Positions 7,937 to 19,800 of a stretch of DNA of 64,000 bases are shown here, piece by piece. Position 1 is the first letter of the stretch; each line of letters begins with the position of its first letter. Position numbers and translations under genes: made by a program. Below the pieces are notes generated by a model, which worked only from the letters and a program-made list of their open reading frames with translations, made no database searches and was not told where the DNA came from. Origin of the DNA: a virus (taxonomy: Duplodnaviria > Heunggongvirae > Uroviricota > Caudoviricetes); the IMG/VR virus record IMGVR_UViG_3300050821_009523; one strand, written 5' to 3'.

Positions 7937-9211
7937 ATGGCCATCAACACCACAACTCGGTTACTGACGCCTAGTCCTGTTGAGCCGTCGATCTCGATCA
8001 CGGATCTACAGCAGGCTTTCGGCGCGGCCGGGCTCCTCCCGCTCTCTGGCTATGGCGGCGGCGGTAGCAGCGCGGTGTGGTACACCGGCAGCGGTGTGCC
8101 GAGCAGCGGCACGGGCAACGTAGGCGATCTATATCTCAACACCGCAACCGGCAACGTGTATCAGAAAGGCGCCGGCGGTTGGGGTGCGCCGATCGAGAAC
8201 CTCGTCGGCCCTGCGGGCGCTACTGGCGCGGCTGGTGCAGCAGGCGCCACGGGGCCTGCTGGCCCTACCGGGCCAACGGGGGCTACCGGGGCCACGGGCG
8301 CAACTGGCGCCGCCGGGGCGACGGGGCCGCAAGGCCCGGCTGGCGCCACAGGTGCCACCGGCCCAACGGGGCCGCAAGGGCCTGCCGGGCTAGGCAATCC
8401 GCTCGGGGCAGGATCGCTCGGCGCGGCAGCGGCGCAGTTTGTTGCGGCTGGGGACGGTTTCTGGCAGCCCGCGGCGCATGTCGTCGGTGTCCAGGCCGAC
8501 TCATTCGATGTGGAGCGCTGGGAGGCGGCGGCCTCGGCGGTCAACTACCTGCGGGTGATCGCGCCGGCGACTGGCGGCAGCGTCCAACTGGCCGCGGCTG
8601 GCTCCGACGCGACGGTTGGCTTGACGCTCACGCCGAAGAACAACGGCAACGCGCTCTTCAACAGCACTGGCATCTTCCAGATCGGCGGTAGCGGCAACGC
8701 GAACCCCGGGCTCGCCACCTACATAGCGGGCTTCTACGGTAGCGGCCCAGGTAACGCTGTTCTCGGGCTCTTGCGGGCCGACGGCGCAGCCCTGTGCCAC
8801 CTGGCGATCGCCGGCCTTGAGTTGACCGACGCAGGAGGCCTCGGTGATACGAGCCACAACATTCTGGTCTTCGATATCGCGCGCCATCAGCAGGTCTACG
8901 TCAGCGACTGGACCGCCGGCTGGTACAGCGGTTCGCTGAACCCTGGAGCTGGCCACGCGCCGGACGTTTCGGTCGGCCGCGCGAGCGCAGGGGGCGTCCT
9001 CTCCGTCAATAGCAGCGCCAGCAACGATGGACTCGGCAAGATCGCCTTCGGCGGCGGCCGAGCCATCGGCCTCACCTCTACGGCCGCCGCCGCCACCACC
9101 ACTGAGTATCCAAACAGCGGCGATTGGGGTTTGCACAAGAACACCACGACCGGCGTAACGATGCTGGTCCGCAACGACGGCGGCACGATCAAGTCCGCCG
9201 CGCTGGCATAG
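7937..9211 (+). CDS. Collagen-like repeat (Gly-X-Y) fibre protein (425 aa)
   Basis: About 20 consecutive G-X-Y triplets ([34 protein letters not shown]...GPQGPAGLG). The C-terminal globular region is Gly/Ser/Asn-rich. Confidence 0.7.
   Translation: MAINTTTRLLTPSPVEPSISITDLQQAFGAAGLLPLSGYGGGGSSAVWYTGSGVPSSGTGNVGDLYLNTATGNVYQKGAGGWGAPIENLVGPAGATGAAGAAGATGPAGPTGPTGATGATGATGAAGATGPQGPAGATGATGPTGPQGPAGLGNPLGAGSLGAAAAQFVAAGDGFWQPAAHVVGVQADSFDVERWEAAASAVNYLRVIAPATGGSVQLAAAGSDATVGLTLTPKNNGNALFNSTGIFQIGGSGNANPGLATYIAGFYGSGPGNAVLGLLRADGAALCHLAIAGLELTDAGGLGDTSHNILVFDIARHQQVYVSDWTAGWYSGSLNPGAGHAPDVSVGRASAGGVLSVNSSASNDGLGKIAFGGGRAIGLTSTAAAATTTEYPNSGDWGLHKNTTTGVTMLVRNDGGTIKSAALA
8207..8396 (+). repeat. 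Collagen-like Gly-X-Y triplet tandem repeat inside the fibre gene
   Basis: Periodic ggc-NNN-NNN nucleotide pattern encoding GPA/GAT/GPT triplets. Confidence 0.7.
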
Positions 9212-9220
9212 GGAGACTCG

Positions 9221-9475
9221 ATGATCGTCAAGAATCAAGACGGAAGCGCCACTATCACCGACAAGGATGGAAACGTCGTCCGCTACGAGATCGGACTGGA
9301 TCCGAACGGTTCCGACCGCATGCAGCTGCTCTCGACCGGGAGCACGGGCAATCCTTCCCCGATTTTCGAGGGCGAAAACAGCGCCGGGCGCGCCAGCGGG
9401 CGATTCATCGATTGCGGTGGCTCGGCCGATGTGCTGACCGACCCCGAGACCGGCTTCGTTCGCTGGGCCGGTTAA
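9221..9475 (+). CDS. Hypothetical protein (84 aa)
   Basis: RBS AGGGAGAC, 4 nt spacer, ATG 9221. Co-oriented in the structural module. Confidence 0.45.
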   Translation: MIVKNQDGSATITDKDGNVVRYEIGLDPNGSDRMQLLSTGSTGNPSPIFEGENSAGRASGRFIDCGGSADVLTDPETGFVRWAG

Positions 9476-9478
9476 CCG

Positions 9479-9670
9479 ATGGCCTTTCTCGTCCAAGATG
9501 GCCCGATGGCCCTGATTTACGAGGCGCTCGCGACGCACCCCGTAGTGCGTGCTTGGCAGATCGTGAACAACCTGCAACCGGTTGCAATCCAGGCTGCACC
9601 AGCCGCGGCTGCGCCGCCGCCCGAGCAGCCCGAGCAGGCGCCACCAAAGCCCAAGCAGCACCGCAAGTAA
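9479..9670 (+). CDS. Hypothetical small protein with Pro/Ala/Gln-rich C-terminus (63 aa)
   Basis: ATG 4 nt after the upstream stop. Confidence 0.35.
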   Translation: MAFLVQDGPMALIYEALATHPVVRAWQIVNNLQPVAIQAAPAAAAPPPEQPEQAPPKPKQHRK

Positions 9671-9680
9671 GGACAGCCTC

Positions 9681-10346
9681 TTGACAATCACGCCGACAGC
9701 ACTAGATACCGACCTGCGCGCAATGGCGCAGTCGCTGATCGGTGCGCTTGGCCGCACCCTGCTGCTGCGTCGGCCAGTGCGGCAAGAGATCAAGGCGGGG
9801 GCCAACATCGGCACCGTTGCGGTATCGCCACTGTCCTCGGCAGCGCTGTCTGTGAACGGTAGCGCGCTTGCTGGCGCAACCGCCATCGGCCTGCGGCGGC
9901 CTATGGGCTTGTCGGGGCTGCTGGTGGCCAACGACTCGCTGCTGATCGGCGGCGCAAGCTACCGCGTCGTGGGCGGCCCATACCAACCCGACGGCGCGGG
10001 CGCGCTTGCTGCCGTTACATTCACGCCAGCGCTTGCCACACCTGCCAGCGACGGCGATCCGGTGGCTGTAACGTTTTCCGGCACGGAGTACACCATCAAG
10101 GGGGCGGTTTCGGGGTTCTCGCTGTTTCTCATCAACAGCAGCGATAGCCAGATCGAGTCCGGTGATTTTAAGGTCACGATTGCGCAAGCAGACCTTGATG
10201 CGTTTGGCATTCAGCCGACCACCAAGGATGAGCTTTACAACGGGCCGGACACAACCTACCCGCGGTGCGCGATCTTGAATGTCACGTCCATTGCGAGCGG
10301 CGAACAAGATGCAGCGGTTGAGCTACACGCGAGGGCTGCAAAGTAA
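9681..10346 (+). CDS. Hypothetical structural protein. TTG start at 9681 after an AAGGACAG RBS; the alternative ATG start is 9723
   Basis: Open frame begins right after the upstream stop at 9670. Beta-rich composition. Confidence 0.4.
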   Translation: MTITPTALDTDLRAMAQSLIGALGRTLLLRRPVRQEIKAGANIGTVAVSPLSSAALSVNGSALAGATAIGLRRPMGLSGLLVANDSLLIGGASYRVVGGPYQPDGAGALAAVTFTPALATPASDGDPVAVTFSGTEYTIKGAVSGFSLFLINSSDSQIESGDFKVTIAQADLDAFGIQPTTKDELYNGPDTTYPRCAILNVTSIASGEQDAAVELHARAAK

Positions 10347-10846
10347 TGGCCGCGTCCGCCACGTTGGCGCAGTTTAATGCGCAAATCGACAAGTGGATCG
10401 GCGTCACAATACCGGCCAAGGCCGTTGCCTTCCAGAAAAAGATCCACTTTATGGTGCTGGGCGCGGCTTTCCAGGACGCGCAAGGCAACATCCGCATGGT
10501 GTCGGGGCTGCTGCAAATGACACCCGTCGATACGGGCCGTGCGCGCGGCAACTGGCAGTCGTCGGCCGGTACGCCGGCGAGCGGCACGATCGAGGGTTTT
10601 CCGAAGAGCGCGCGCAAGCCGGGCGATACCGCCGCGACGGCTGATTTCATCGGTGCACCGCCCACACCCGCCGAGCAAGAGGCGGCCGCTGCGGGCCTCG
10701 GCGGCTTGGTCTTTGGGCAAACCAGCTACATCACGAACAATCTGCCGTACATCGCGATCCTGAATGACGGTGGCGTCAACCGTGTGGCGCATCACATGGT
10801 GGAGCGTGCCGTGGCAAACGTGCGTAGCGTGCTGGCGGCCGGATAG
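10346..10846 (+). CDS. Putative tail completion / head-tail joining protein (HK97 gp10-like)
   Basis: C-terminal NNLPYIAILNDGG...HHMVERAV resembles the HK97 gp10 family signature. Start overlaps the upstream stop (TAATG). Confidence 0.45.
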   Translation: MAASATLAQFNAQIDKWIGVTIPAKAVAFQKKIHFMVLGAAFQDAQGNIRMVSGLLQMTPVDTGRARGNWQSSAGTPASGTIEGFPKSARKPGDTAATADFIGAPPTPAEQEAAAAGLGGLVFGQTSYITNNLPYIAILNDGGVNRVAHHMVERAVANVRSVLAAG

Positions 10847-10859
10847 ACACATGGGCGTC

Positions 10860-11141
10860 AAGATCAACGCATGGGGCGGCACCGACAAGCGGGGAATCTA
10901 TGAGTTCCACTGCCCTGGCTGCGGCCTTGCGCACGCTGTCAGCACCCGCGGGGAGCATGCGTGGACGTGGAATGGCTCGGACGAGAGCCCCACGTTTACG
11001 CCGTCGATACTGTCATGTGGCAGCGACAGCGAGCGGCGTTGCCACAGCTTTGTCAAGGACGGCCGCATTCAGTTCCTCACGGACTGTTATCACAACCTTG
11101 CGGGCCAGACGGTCGATCTGCCCGATTGGAAAGATGTGTAA
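10860..11141 (+). CDS. Small Cys/His-rich putative zinc-ribbon protein (93 aa)
   Basis: FHCPGCGLAH...C...C..C pattern. ATG at 10860 downstream of the gp10-like stop. Confidence 0.4.
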   Translation, partial: KINAWGGTDKRGIYEFHCPGCGLAHAVSTRGEHAWTWNGSDESPTFTPSILSCGSDSERRCHSFVKDGRIQFLTDCYHNLAGQTVDLPDWKDV

Positions 11142-11612
11142 GTGGCAACCAATGTCCATGCGAATGCTGTGCAACTCCTCCGCGCGCGCCACGAGGCGAA
11201 ATTCGACGGCAGCGGTGGCCTACGGCCCGGCTTTGCGGTCAAGTACCCGAACTCACCCGATTTTGTGCAACCGGACAACGCGCCGTGGTCCGACTGGCGC
11301 CCCATGTGGGCGCACGCTACCCAACTCACAGCCAACGCTGCGGGCGGCGAGCGCCGGATCGGTACGCTCATCGAGGACATCAACGTACCGCGACTCAACG
11401 GCGAATTGTTGCCGGCGCAGATTGGTGATGACATCTGCGTCGTCTGGCGCCCCGACACGCCGGACTTGCCATATGTCATCCCGTCGGGCGCTGGCTACAG
11501 GTTCCGTTTCTTCCCGACAACCGTTACGGAAGTTGGGATTGCGCGAGACGACAATGCGTGGTTTCGCTGCACGGCAGTTACACCGCTCTGGTACGACTAC
11601 GTCCCGAGCTAG
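11142..11612 (+). CDS. Hypothetical protein (156 aa)
   Basis: GTG start adjacent to the upstream TAA. Structural module. Confidence 0.45.
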   Translation: MATNVHANAVQLLRARHEAKFDGSGGLRPGFAVKYPNSPDFVQPDNAPWSDWRPMWAHATQLTANAAGGERRIGTLIEDINVPRLNGELLPAQIGDDICVVWRPDTPDLPYVIPSGAGYRFRFFPTTVTEVGIARDDNAWFRCTAVTPLWYDYVPS

Positions 11613-11630
11613 GCGAGAGGAGAAAAGGCC

Positions 11631-12815
11631 ATGAGTGCGAGCAGCTCCGTACGGCATACGCGCCTAGCGACGCGCGAAACGACCTACGGCACGCCCATCA
11701 GCAGTGCGGGTAGGGTTATCCGCCGCACTGGCGGAAACTTCGCCGTCACGACAACGGCTGGCGCCAGCAAAGAGGTGCGGACTGATTTGCAGTCCACGCA
11801 GACGTACCGCACCAACCAGGCTAGCACCTACACGATCGAGGACGAGTGGGTATACGGCGTCCACAACTACGAGCTTGAGGACCACTTCCTCAATACCTGG
11901 AGCCCGCTGCTGAGCAGTAGCGTAACGACCAGCAGCGCCACAGCGATCAGCGCGGCCAGCAGCGACAACAGTTTCAACCGCGCCACCGGCGACTTTACGG
12001 TCGATGGCGTCGTGGTGGGGGCGCCAATCAAGACTGGCGGCTTCACCAACGCAGGGAATAACGGCGTCTTTCGGGTGGTGTCCGTAACGGCACTCAAGAT
12101 CATTGTGGCGGGCACGCTCATTACGGAGGCAGCCGGCACCAATAGCCTCGTGGTGGCGCGTTACCTGCGGCAAGGCACCACGGACATGTTTGTGACGTTC
12201 GAGGAGTATTACAGCGACCTCGCGACGCCGCAGTACATCGTCTATCCCGGCATGGTGAACGACATGTGGGAGTGGAAGTTCTCTCACCCCGGCGAGATCA
12301 CCACCAAGTTTGACTACAAGGGCCGGCCGCCGATTCCAGCTGCCACCACAGGCAGCAACAACGGCACCATCACGGCGTACGCGGCTAACCCCGTGATGAA
12401 CAGCAGCGACAGCTGGAAGGTGGCGATCGAGGGCGGCACGCCCATTACCGTGTGGGTGAAGGACTTCACGATCACTTGCAAGAACAACAAGCGCGAGATC
12501 GGCAGCGCCGGCACGCTGGGCGCCAAGCTGCAAGGCAAGTCCACCTTCGACGTGGCGGGCCAGGTAGTGCTGTACAACGACGCCAACGGCCTGCTGATCG
12601 CCAACAAGCACTTTGCCTTTACTGATTCCGCCTGGGAGTTTCAGTGCATCGATGCGCTGGGCAACACCCAGCACTTCTATATCCCGAAGCTCAACTACAC
12701 CGCTGGCGCGCCGCTTTCCGGGCCAAAGGACCAGGACGTCATGATTACGTTGCCGTTCACGGCGAAGCAGGATCCTGTGACCGGCACGATGATTCAGATC
12801 TCGGCGTTTTCGTGA
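11631..12815 (+). CDS. Putative major tail (tube) protein (394 aa)
   Basis: Position directly upstream of the G/GT chaperone pair and the tape measure gene. Ser/Thr-rich beta composition. Strong RBS GAGAGGAGAAAAGG. Confidence 0.5.
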   Translation: MSASSSVRHTRLATRETTYGTPISSAGRVIRRTGGNFAVTTTAGASKEVRTDLQSTQTYRTNQASTYTIEDEWVYGVHNYELEDHFLNTWSPLLSSSVTTSSATAISAASSDNSFNRATGDFTVDGVVVGAPIKTGGFTNAGNNGVFRVVSVTALKIIVAGTLITEAAGTNSLVVARYLRQGTTDMFVTFEEYYSDLATPQYIVYPGMVNDMWEWKFSHPGEITTKFDYKGRPPIPAATTGSNNGTITAYAANPVMNSSDSWKVAIEGGTPITVWVKDFTITCKNNKREIGSAGTLGAKLQGKSTFDVAGQVVLYNDANGLLIANKHFAFTDSAWEFQCIDALGNTQHFYIPKLNYTAGAPLSGPKDQDVMITLPFTAKQDPVTGTMIQISAFS

Positions 12816-12819
12816 CGCC

Positions 12820-12895
12820 GGGGGCTGGCGCTGCCGGGTGGCGTAAAGCCTAGGGCCGAAAGCCCGCCTCCCGGCCCGGCAGCGCCGGTTGTAGC
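12820..12895 (+). terminator. GC-rich hairpin(s) after the major tail protein gene; candidate partial terminator or attenuator
   Basis: Inverted repeat ctggcgctgccggg ... cccggcagcgccgg, with an inner gggc-cgaaa-gccc hairpin. No T-tract. Confidence 0.3.
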
Positions 12896-12962
12896 AATTG
12901 GTAGATATGGGTGCTACGCGCTGCACCAATACGGGGGGCAGAAACCGGGAGGTAACAACAAC

Positions 12963-13430
12963 ATGCCTTTAGATGTGCAAGGCTACAACGCAGACCCTCT
13001 GTTGGTGAAGTGCGGGCGCCCCGTCGATCTCGGCCGCAACAAAGACGGTACGATGCGCCGCATTTGGGTGCGCCCCTTTGGGCACGCCTACGATGCGCGG
13101 CTTTCGGCACTGCGCAAGAACGCTGGCGAGCGTGCGTGCCAAAAAGACCCAGAGCTCGACCGCGAATGCCAGATTGTGACGATGGCCGAGCTGATCCTTT
13201 GCCGGCGCGACCCGCAAGGCGCCGACATGGACGCATGGGAAAACTTCAAGGGCGCAGACGGGACAACGTACCCACCAACGCTCGAACATAAGAAGGACAT
13301 GTTGCGCGGCGGCCTCCAGGGAGAAGACCCCAACAGTTACACCCGGCAGTTCTTTCTCGACGTCGCAACTGTTGCGGGCGAGCAGGCGACATTCGTTGCG
13401 GAGGAGAAGGAGGCAGCAGCAAAAAACTGA
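12963..13430 (+). CDS. Tail assembly chaperone, G-like (155 aa)
   Basis: Located between the major tail protein and tape measure genes. It ends 3 nt after an AAAAAAC slippery heptamer. The downstream ORF is in the -1 frame. Confidence 0.55.
   Translation: MPLDVQGYNADPLLVKCGRPVDLGRNKDGTMRRIWVRPFGHAYDARLSALRKNAGERACQKDPELDRECQIVTMAELILCRRDPQGADMDAWENFKGADGTTYPPTLEHKKDMLRGGLQGEDPNSYTRQFFLDVATVAGEQATFVAEEKEAAAKN
13421..13427 (+). promoter_or_regulatory. Programmed -1 ribosomal frameshift slippery site A_AAA_AAC giving a G-T fusion chaperone (12963-13843)
   Basis: Zero-frame codons are gcA AAA AAC TGA. The -1 frame reads AAA AAA CTG ATG... and stays open to 13843. This matches the conserved phage G/GT arrangement. 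Confidence 0.55.
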
Positions 13431-13843
13431 TGGAGTGCCTCGCTTACGAGCTGAGGCACAGCGGCAGCCCAGAGATCAGCCAGTTCGAGCGTGACATTGC
13501 GGAGCGCGGCAACGAGGAAGCGCGGGCCAGGATTGAAAAGCGTGAGCGCAACAAACCAGAGCTCTGGGCTGCCAACCGCTTGGCGTGGCGCGTCTTCTGG
13601 CACACGACGCGCGGGCGCAGTAACGGCATGGGCATGGGGCTCATTGCGCCAAGCGAGGTGGCGACTTACCTGCACACTTGGCTGCCGGAGCTGCACCTCG
13701 ACGAGGAGGAGCGCGAGGATTTGCTGCTTGCCGTCGAGCGCCTCGACGAGCGGTACTACAACCACCACAACAAGAAAAAGGACACACGGCCGCCCATTGT
13801 TGGCCCCGATGGGCGGCCCGTAGTGCCGAGCGGCGATGGCTGA
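13430..13843 (+). CDS. Tail assembly chaperone T-like segment (137 aa); likely expressed mainly as a -1 frameshift fusion with 12963-13430
   Basis: -1 frame relative to G. Start overlaps the G stop (TGATG). End overlaps the tape measure start. Confidence 0.5.
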   Translation: MECLAYELRHSGSPEISQFERDIAERGNEEARARIEKRERNKPELWAANRLAWRVFWHTTRGRSNGMGMGLIAPSEVATYLHTWLPELHLDEEEREDLLLAVERLDERYYNHHNKKKDTRPPIVGPDGRPVVPSGDG

Positions 13844-16800
13844 TAGCGAGAGCTTGCTCATCAGCGTGGACCCCGGAGGAGTTGTATCCGGGGTCCGTGT
13901 CGCGGCTGCATCACTCGATCAGCTCAAGGCCAGTGCTGCATCTGCCCTAACGGGCGTTTCGGGCGTCACACAAGCGGCAGGCGCCTTTACGGGCGCGGCC
14001 AGCGGCATGGCGCAGGCCGCCGGGACCGTCACAGTCGCACTCCGTACGCAGTCCGGGGCCATAAGCCAGATAGCGGCCCAGCAAGCCGTCATGGCGCAAG
14101 CCACGCAGGCGCTCGCCACAAAGTATGCCGGCGCGACGGGCGACATGGCGGCTGCCACAACCGAATGGAAAGCAAAAGTGCAGGAGGTCTATACCTACCT
14201 GCTGACCGGCAAGGAGGCGTTCGGCAGTTGGGCCACTGCCGGCGTCACGTCGTACCGCGAGGTCATCGACGCGGTTGCGGAAGTGGAGACATCGCTTGGG
14301 CTGCTGATGCTGACGCAGGGCACCTACACCACAACTGCCGCCACCGCCACGAGCGCGACGATTACCGAAGCAGCCGCGATGGATGCCCTTGCGGCTGCGA
14401 TCGTCCAGGTACGGGAGGCGCAGGCCGCGACGGCCGGCACAGGCGCCGTAGCGGGCGCCACGCAGGCCACGACGGGCGTCGTAAACGTGACGGCGATCGA
14501 AGCAGAGGCAGCGGCGCGCGGTGCTGACACAACGGCGCTCAATGCCGAGGCCGCTGCCGCAGCACGCCTCGATGCCGTACTGACAGATCTCGCCGGCAAA
14601 ACGACAGCCGCCAGCTTGCGCGTGATGGTAGCGGGCGATGCCCCTGCGCTCGCGTTGGTGAATGCGGAGCTAGAACAGCGCGACGCGCTGATCGCTGCCG
14701 GCGCCGCGATGTACAGCAAGGAAGGCGAATTTATCATCCTGAACGAGGCTGGCGCTGCCGCTGTGCGTACGCAGGTCGTGGCGCTACAGGAACAGCAGGC
14801 TGCGCTTGCGGCTGTAAACGCCGAACAGGCCGAAACCGCCGGTGCCTTGGGCAACATCGAGGCGATCGGTGCCCGAATGGTGATCCGCATGGTGCTAATG
14901 GGCATCGTGCTGGCGCTCGGTGCAGTCGTCACGAAGAGCGTCGAGGCGGCCACAGCCTTCGAAAACAGCATGACGCGGTTGCAGACGCTCGTGGGTGTCT
15001 CTAAAACTGAAGCCGACAGCTATCGCGGCGCGATGGCTGATATCGCCGTCTCAACAGGCCAGACGGCAGACGAGAACGCCAAGGCGATGTTTGCCATTAC
15101 GTCCGAGGGCATGCGCGGGCAGAGTGCGCTCGACCTGCTTAAGGCGAGCGCCGAAGGCGCGGCCGTTGGGTTGGGCGATCAGACGGTCGTGGCGCGGACA
15201 GCCGCTGCCGCGATTGAGGCGTATGGTGCGCAAAACCTGTCCGCAAAGGAAGCGATCGGCGGCCTGATCCTTGCGGCGCGCGAGGGTAACACTACAGTCG
15301 AGTCTATTGCGTCAGCCTTCGGCCGCGTTTTGGGTGTTGCGGCGGCCGTCCATGTCGGCTTCGATGACGTCATCTCCTCGATCGCATCCTTCACACGGAT
15401 GGGGGTGAGCGCGCAAGAAGCCGCCACCGGCCTGCGTAGCACTATCCAAGCACTCGAACTACGGAACACGAAGGGCGCCAACGATGCGCTCAAGACAATC
15501 GGCATGTCGGTGGCATCGCTCCGCGAGGAGATCCAAAGCAAGGGCCTAGCAGCATCGCTCGTGGATATCGTGGCTAAATTCAACGCCGCAGGTAGTGGCG
15601 CCGAGGCGATGGCCAAAATCATCCCCAACATTCGCGGCTTGGCAGAGGTGCTTTCCAACGCCAACAGCCAAGCGACAGCGTATGTTGGCATCTCTGAGCG
15701 CGTACATGCAGAGATGGGCACAGCGCTCGACGACGCTAACAAGATAGCGGAACAAAACCCGGCCAATGTCTTCCGGCAGATGACGGCAGCGGTAGGCGTG
15801 GCAGCAATCGCGATCGCAAGCGGCCTGCTCCCGCAACTTGTAGGGGTGGCGAATGCGATCAAGGAGGCCGCCACCTCGGGCGACTTACAAAAGTGGGCAT
15901 CGGTAGCGGCTACCGCGTTCGGCGGCGTGGTGGAAATCGGCAAGGTGCTGGCCGCGATACTGGCTAACCTGCCGTTTCTGATCACAGCTTATGCCGGCTC
16001 GCTCGCCATAGCCGCCGCCGCAGAAACCAGCGTTGCCGATGCTGGGGCCTTTGTTGCACTCCGGCTTGAGGCGATCGGCGCTGCCATCGCGGCCAACCCG
16101 GTCGGCGCTGCCGCGGCGGCATTTGTGTTGCTCGCGCTGGCCATGAACCGCGTGGCTGTCGAATCGATAGCCGATTCAAACGCCTTTTTGGACGAAACTG
16201 CCCGCATGGCTGCACAGGAGCCGGTGCTCGCTCGCCTACGCCAGGGGTATGACGTATTGACAAAGTCGATCCGTGACCAGGGTGATGCACTGCGCGAAAA
16301 CCGCGACAAGGGCACCGTGACGGCTGTGCCGGCCAGCACGCCAAGCGGTTCTGTTACGCCAGGTTTTGGTGCCCAAGCGTCCACTAGCGCTAACTCATTC
16401 CTGGGGCAGATGGATGCAATCAACAAGGCGTACCAAGTACAGGTGCAGGCGGCCGGGCAGGATAAGACGGCCGTTGCGGCTGCCGATGCTGAGCGGACAC
16501 ACGAGATCACAAATCTACAGGTGAGCACGCAGGCGTTTCTTGACCACGCCCGCGCTGTGCTAACCGACCGCGATGCTGCGCTCAAGGATCAGATCGCCAA
16601 CCGCGATCTCGTGGCGGAGCAACTACGCCAAGCGCAACAGCGCCCGACGGTTAGAATCGGGGGCGCCGACCCCATCACGGTACGTAACCCGGCGATTGAC
16701 CAGAATGCGGCCGCGCTACAAAACCTCAATAACCAGATTAAGACCAACACGACGCAGCTTGCGAACGACAAGGCGGGTCTCGATGCACAGCAGGCGGCGC

Positions 16801-19800
16801 TCAACAAGAGCAAGGTAGCGGCACAGCAAACCGGCACAGCACACCAAGATCTTGCTAAGGGCGTTCAGTCGGCCATCACGGCGATCAAGGATCAGATCGC
16901 CCTACAGGCTGTGGAAGCGGCCGATGCAGCGAAGGTAGCCCAGGCCGAGCTTGGCGGCGCCGAAGCCGTGCGCCAAGCCAGCATTGCGGCCGCTGCTGAC
17001 AAGCAGATCCGCGAGGATGTCAACAAGCTGGTCAAGGCCGGCATGTCGGATAAGGCAGCCGAAACGCTTGTAGAAAAAACCTACGGCGACCAGATCAGAA
17101 AAAATGCTACCGATCTTTCCAACGCGGCGCAAGAAAAGGCGCGGGATGCAGCGATCTACCAGCAGGGCAAGACGCTTGCCGAAGCCGAGGCGGTAGCGCA
17201 AGCAAAGGTTGCGGATGCTGCCAACGGCAACACATTCGCGAGCCAGCAGTTGACGGCGCAGTACCGCACAGAGCAAGAGATCGAACGCCTTTTTCCCAAT
17301 ATCCACTCGGCTGATGCCGAGGCGTTCAGCGCGAAGCAAGCCGCTATCGAAAACGCGCGGGTAGCGGGGGAAAAAGACAGCGCCGCCATGAAGGTGCAGG
17401 TGGAGGATTCTACCAAGCTCCGCGAGGCGGAAGCGGCGCTCAAGGACGCGATCGGCAACACTACGGCCAACAGCAAGGAGTTGGCGATCCAGCTTGAAGC
17501 AGAAAAGCGCATCAAGGAGCAGGGGGCGGCGGGCGACGCCGTAAAGGTTGCGGCAATCACAGCCGAGGTGCGCAGCACGCGCGACAGTGTTGATGCAGAC
17601 AAAAACAAGATCGAAGTGCTGAAAGATCTCGCCAAATACACAGATGACGAGGTGAAAGCGGAAGCCAAGGTACAGGATCTAGCTACGCGGCTGGGCATCG
17701 AGCGGCAGATGTCGCCTGCACTCGCTGCGATCGTTGCGCAATACAAGGAGCTGCGCACCGCATCCGAGGCTGTCAAGACGGAGGAGTTGGTCCAGATCGA
17801 GATCGCTAAAAAGAAGATCGATCTTAACGCCACGGGCGCGGCAGCGGCTATTGCCCAGATCCGCGCCGAGGTGATCGAGCGCGAAAAGACTCTCGATACG
17901 CTCGGCAAACAAGAGGAGGCACTCAAGCAGCTTGCCGATACCGAAAAGAGCGCGTCCGCGACGTTTGGTAGTGATCTCAAGAAGAGCGGCGAGGATGCCG
18001 TAGTCGCATGGTTAACCGGCACGCAGGTCAGTTTCAAGAACCTGCTTGTCCAGATGGATAAGGATTTTGCCGATTGGTTGTTAAAGGCCGGCGAGCGGGC
18101 GCTACAGGAGAATCTCGCACAAAAGGCGCTCGGCAACCTCGATTCCACCTTTGGGGGCGGTGGCCTGCCGGGGCAGATCTCAGTAGCATTTTCAGGCTTG
18201 GATGCCGCAGCACAAAAAATAGCGCGGGCTGGCGACACGATGGCCGGAGCGGGGACCGTGCTTAGGGATTCCGCCGATATACATACGGCTGCCGCCGCTA
18301 CGCAAACCGGCGCCGCCGCTACCCAGACGACGGCGGCCGTTGCCCACGGCGCCGCCGCTACGACGCAGGGCGCAGCGGCTGCCACAAATGTGGGGGCGGC
18401 GGCCACCCATGTTGTAGCTGCCGGGACGCAAGTTGGTGCGGCAGGTACGCAGGTGGGGGCAGGCACAACGCAAGTAGGGGCGAGCAGCACGCAGACGGGC
18501 GCCGCCGCCACCCAGTCCGTCGCGGCCGACACACAAGTGGCGGCGGCAAATGAGAATGCGGCCAGCGGCGCAGGCAATGCGGCCGGTGGGGGCGGCGGGC
18601 TCTTCGGGAACATCGGCAGTTGGTTTAGCGGGCTCGGTGCCGGCGCCATCGTGGGGTTGATCGGGGCGGCTGTAGTAATAGGCGCAGCGCTGATCGATTC
18701 ACACCAGGTTGACGCTTGGCGCGCACGCCAATATTCCACGGAAGCCAACGTCAGCCTTACGTCTGGGCCGCAGTATAGCGCCACCGGCCACCTCCTCTCG
18801 GATTTCCCTGCCGGCGCTGTCAACCTTGGCATCGGCAACATGGATGCGACGGGGCAGAAGTTCTCCGAGGCACTGCAATCATTTTTCATGAAGTTTGAAC
18901 AAGCTACCGGCAGCATCTTGACGCAACTGCCCCATATCGAATTGCAGATCAAGGCCGACGGCAAGGATTATGCCGTCGTGGTCGCTGGCCAAGTCATTGG
19001 GTTCTTCCAGGACGTGGCGTCGGCCACAAATGCGGCTATCATTGCTGGCCTCAAGGCGGGTAATTGGAAAAACCTGCCGCAGATCATCCAAGATTACATA
19101 ACGAGCGCGACATCCCCCACGGGAAACCAGCCGGCAGGCGTTGACCCGAATGTCGTCCTGCAAAATGCCACGACACTGAAGACCATTATGGACAACTATG
19201 CGCTTGCCCTCCAGGGGGCTGGCGCGGCGGTGTCCACTACGATGCAGGGCTTCATCGATGAAGCCGACAAGATGCGCCAAGCCGTGCTGAGCATGCACCT
19301 GTCGGCACAAGACACCGCAACGATGCTTAGCCAGATCGACGCCACGTTGGCGATCAACATACAGGCCGAGCGCGATGCGCTTACAGGGCATAAAGAGTCG
19401 AATGCCCAGATGCAGGCGGAGGAGGCCGCGGCTTTCAACGCCAAGAAGGCTATCGCGGTGGCCCAGGTTCTAATCGATGAACAGACCATCCTCAATATGA
19501 TTGCCACGGCGGACGCAACGGCCGGCTTTGGGAATGCGATCGGCGGTGTAGGTGCTGGCATCGCCAGGACGGCCGAGGGGATGCTCAAGATCGTCGGAGT
19601 CGTTACGGGCGGCAGCCAAGCCTTGGTTGACGCTTACAACCAACTGGTGGCCGTAGAGCAGCAGCTCCAAAAGATACCCGACCTTAAGCCCGGCGATGTC
19701 AAGATCCCGGGCGGCAGCAGTTCCGGGGCCAGCAACGCGCAACAGCTTGCGGACATTTTTAAGCAATTTGATGAGCGCAATCTCGGGGCCTACGGCAAGT

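Noticed and set aside
8501-9931. 476-aa minus-strand ORF antisense to the collagen-like fibre gene. Also 11664-12929 (-), 14324-14971 (-), 15179-16585 (-), 17156-18964 (-), 46224-47075 (-) and 55729-56802 (-)
   Set aside because: All lie antisense to strongly supported genes (TMP, fibre, major tail, SMC-like ATPase, annealase). They have Arg/Ala/Ser-rich non-protein-like composition and no RBS. Expected artefacts at about 65% GC.
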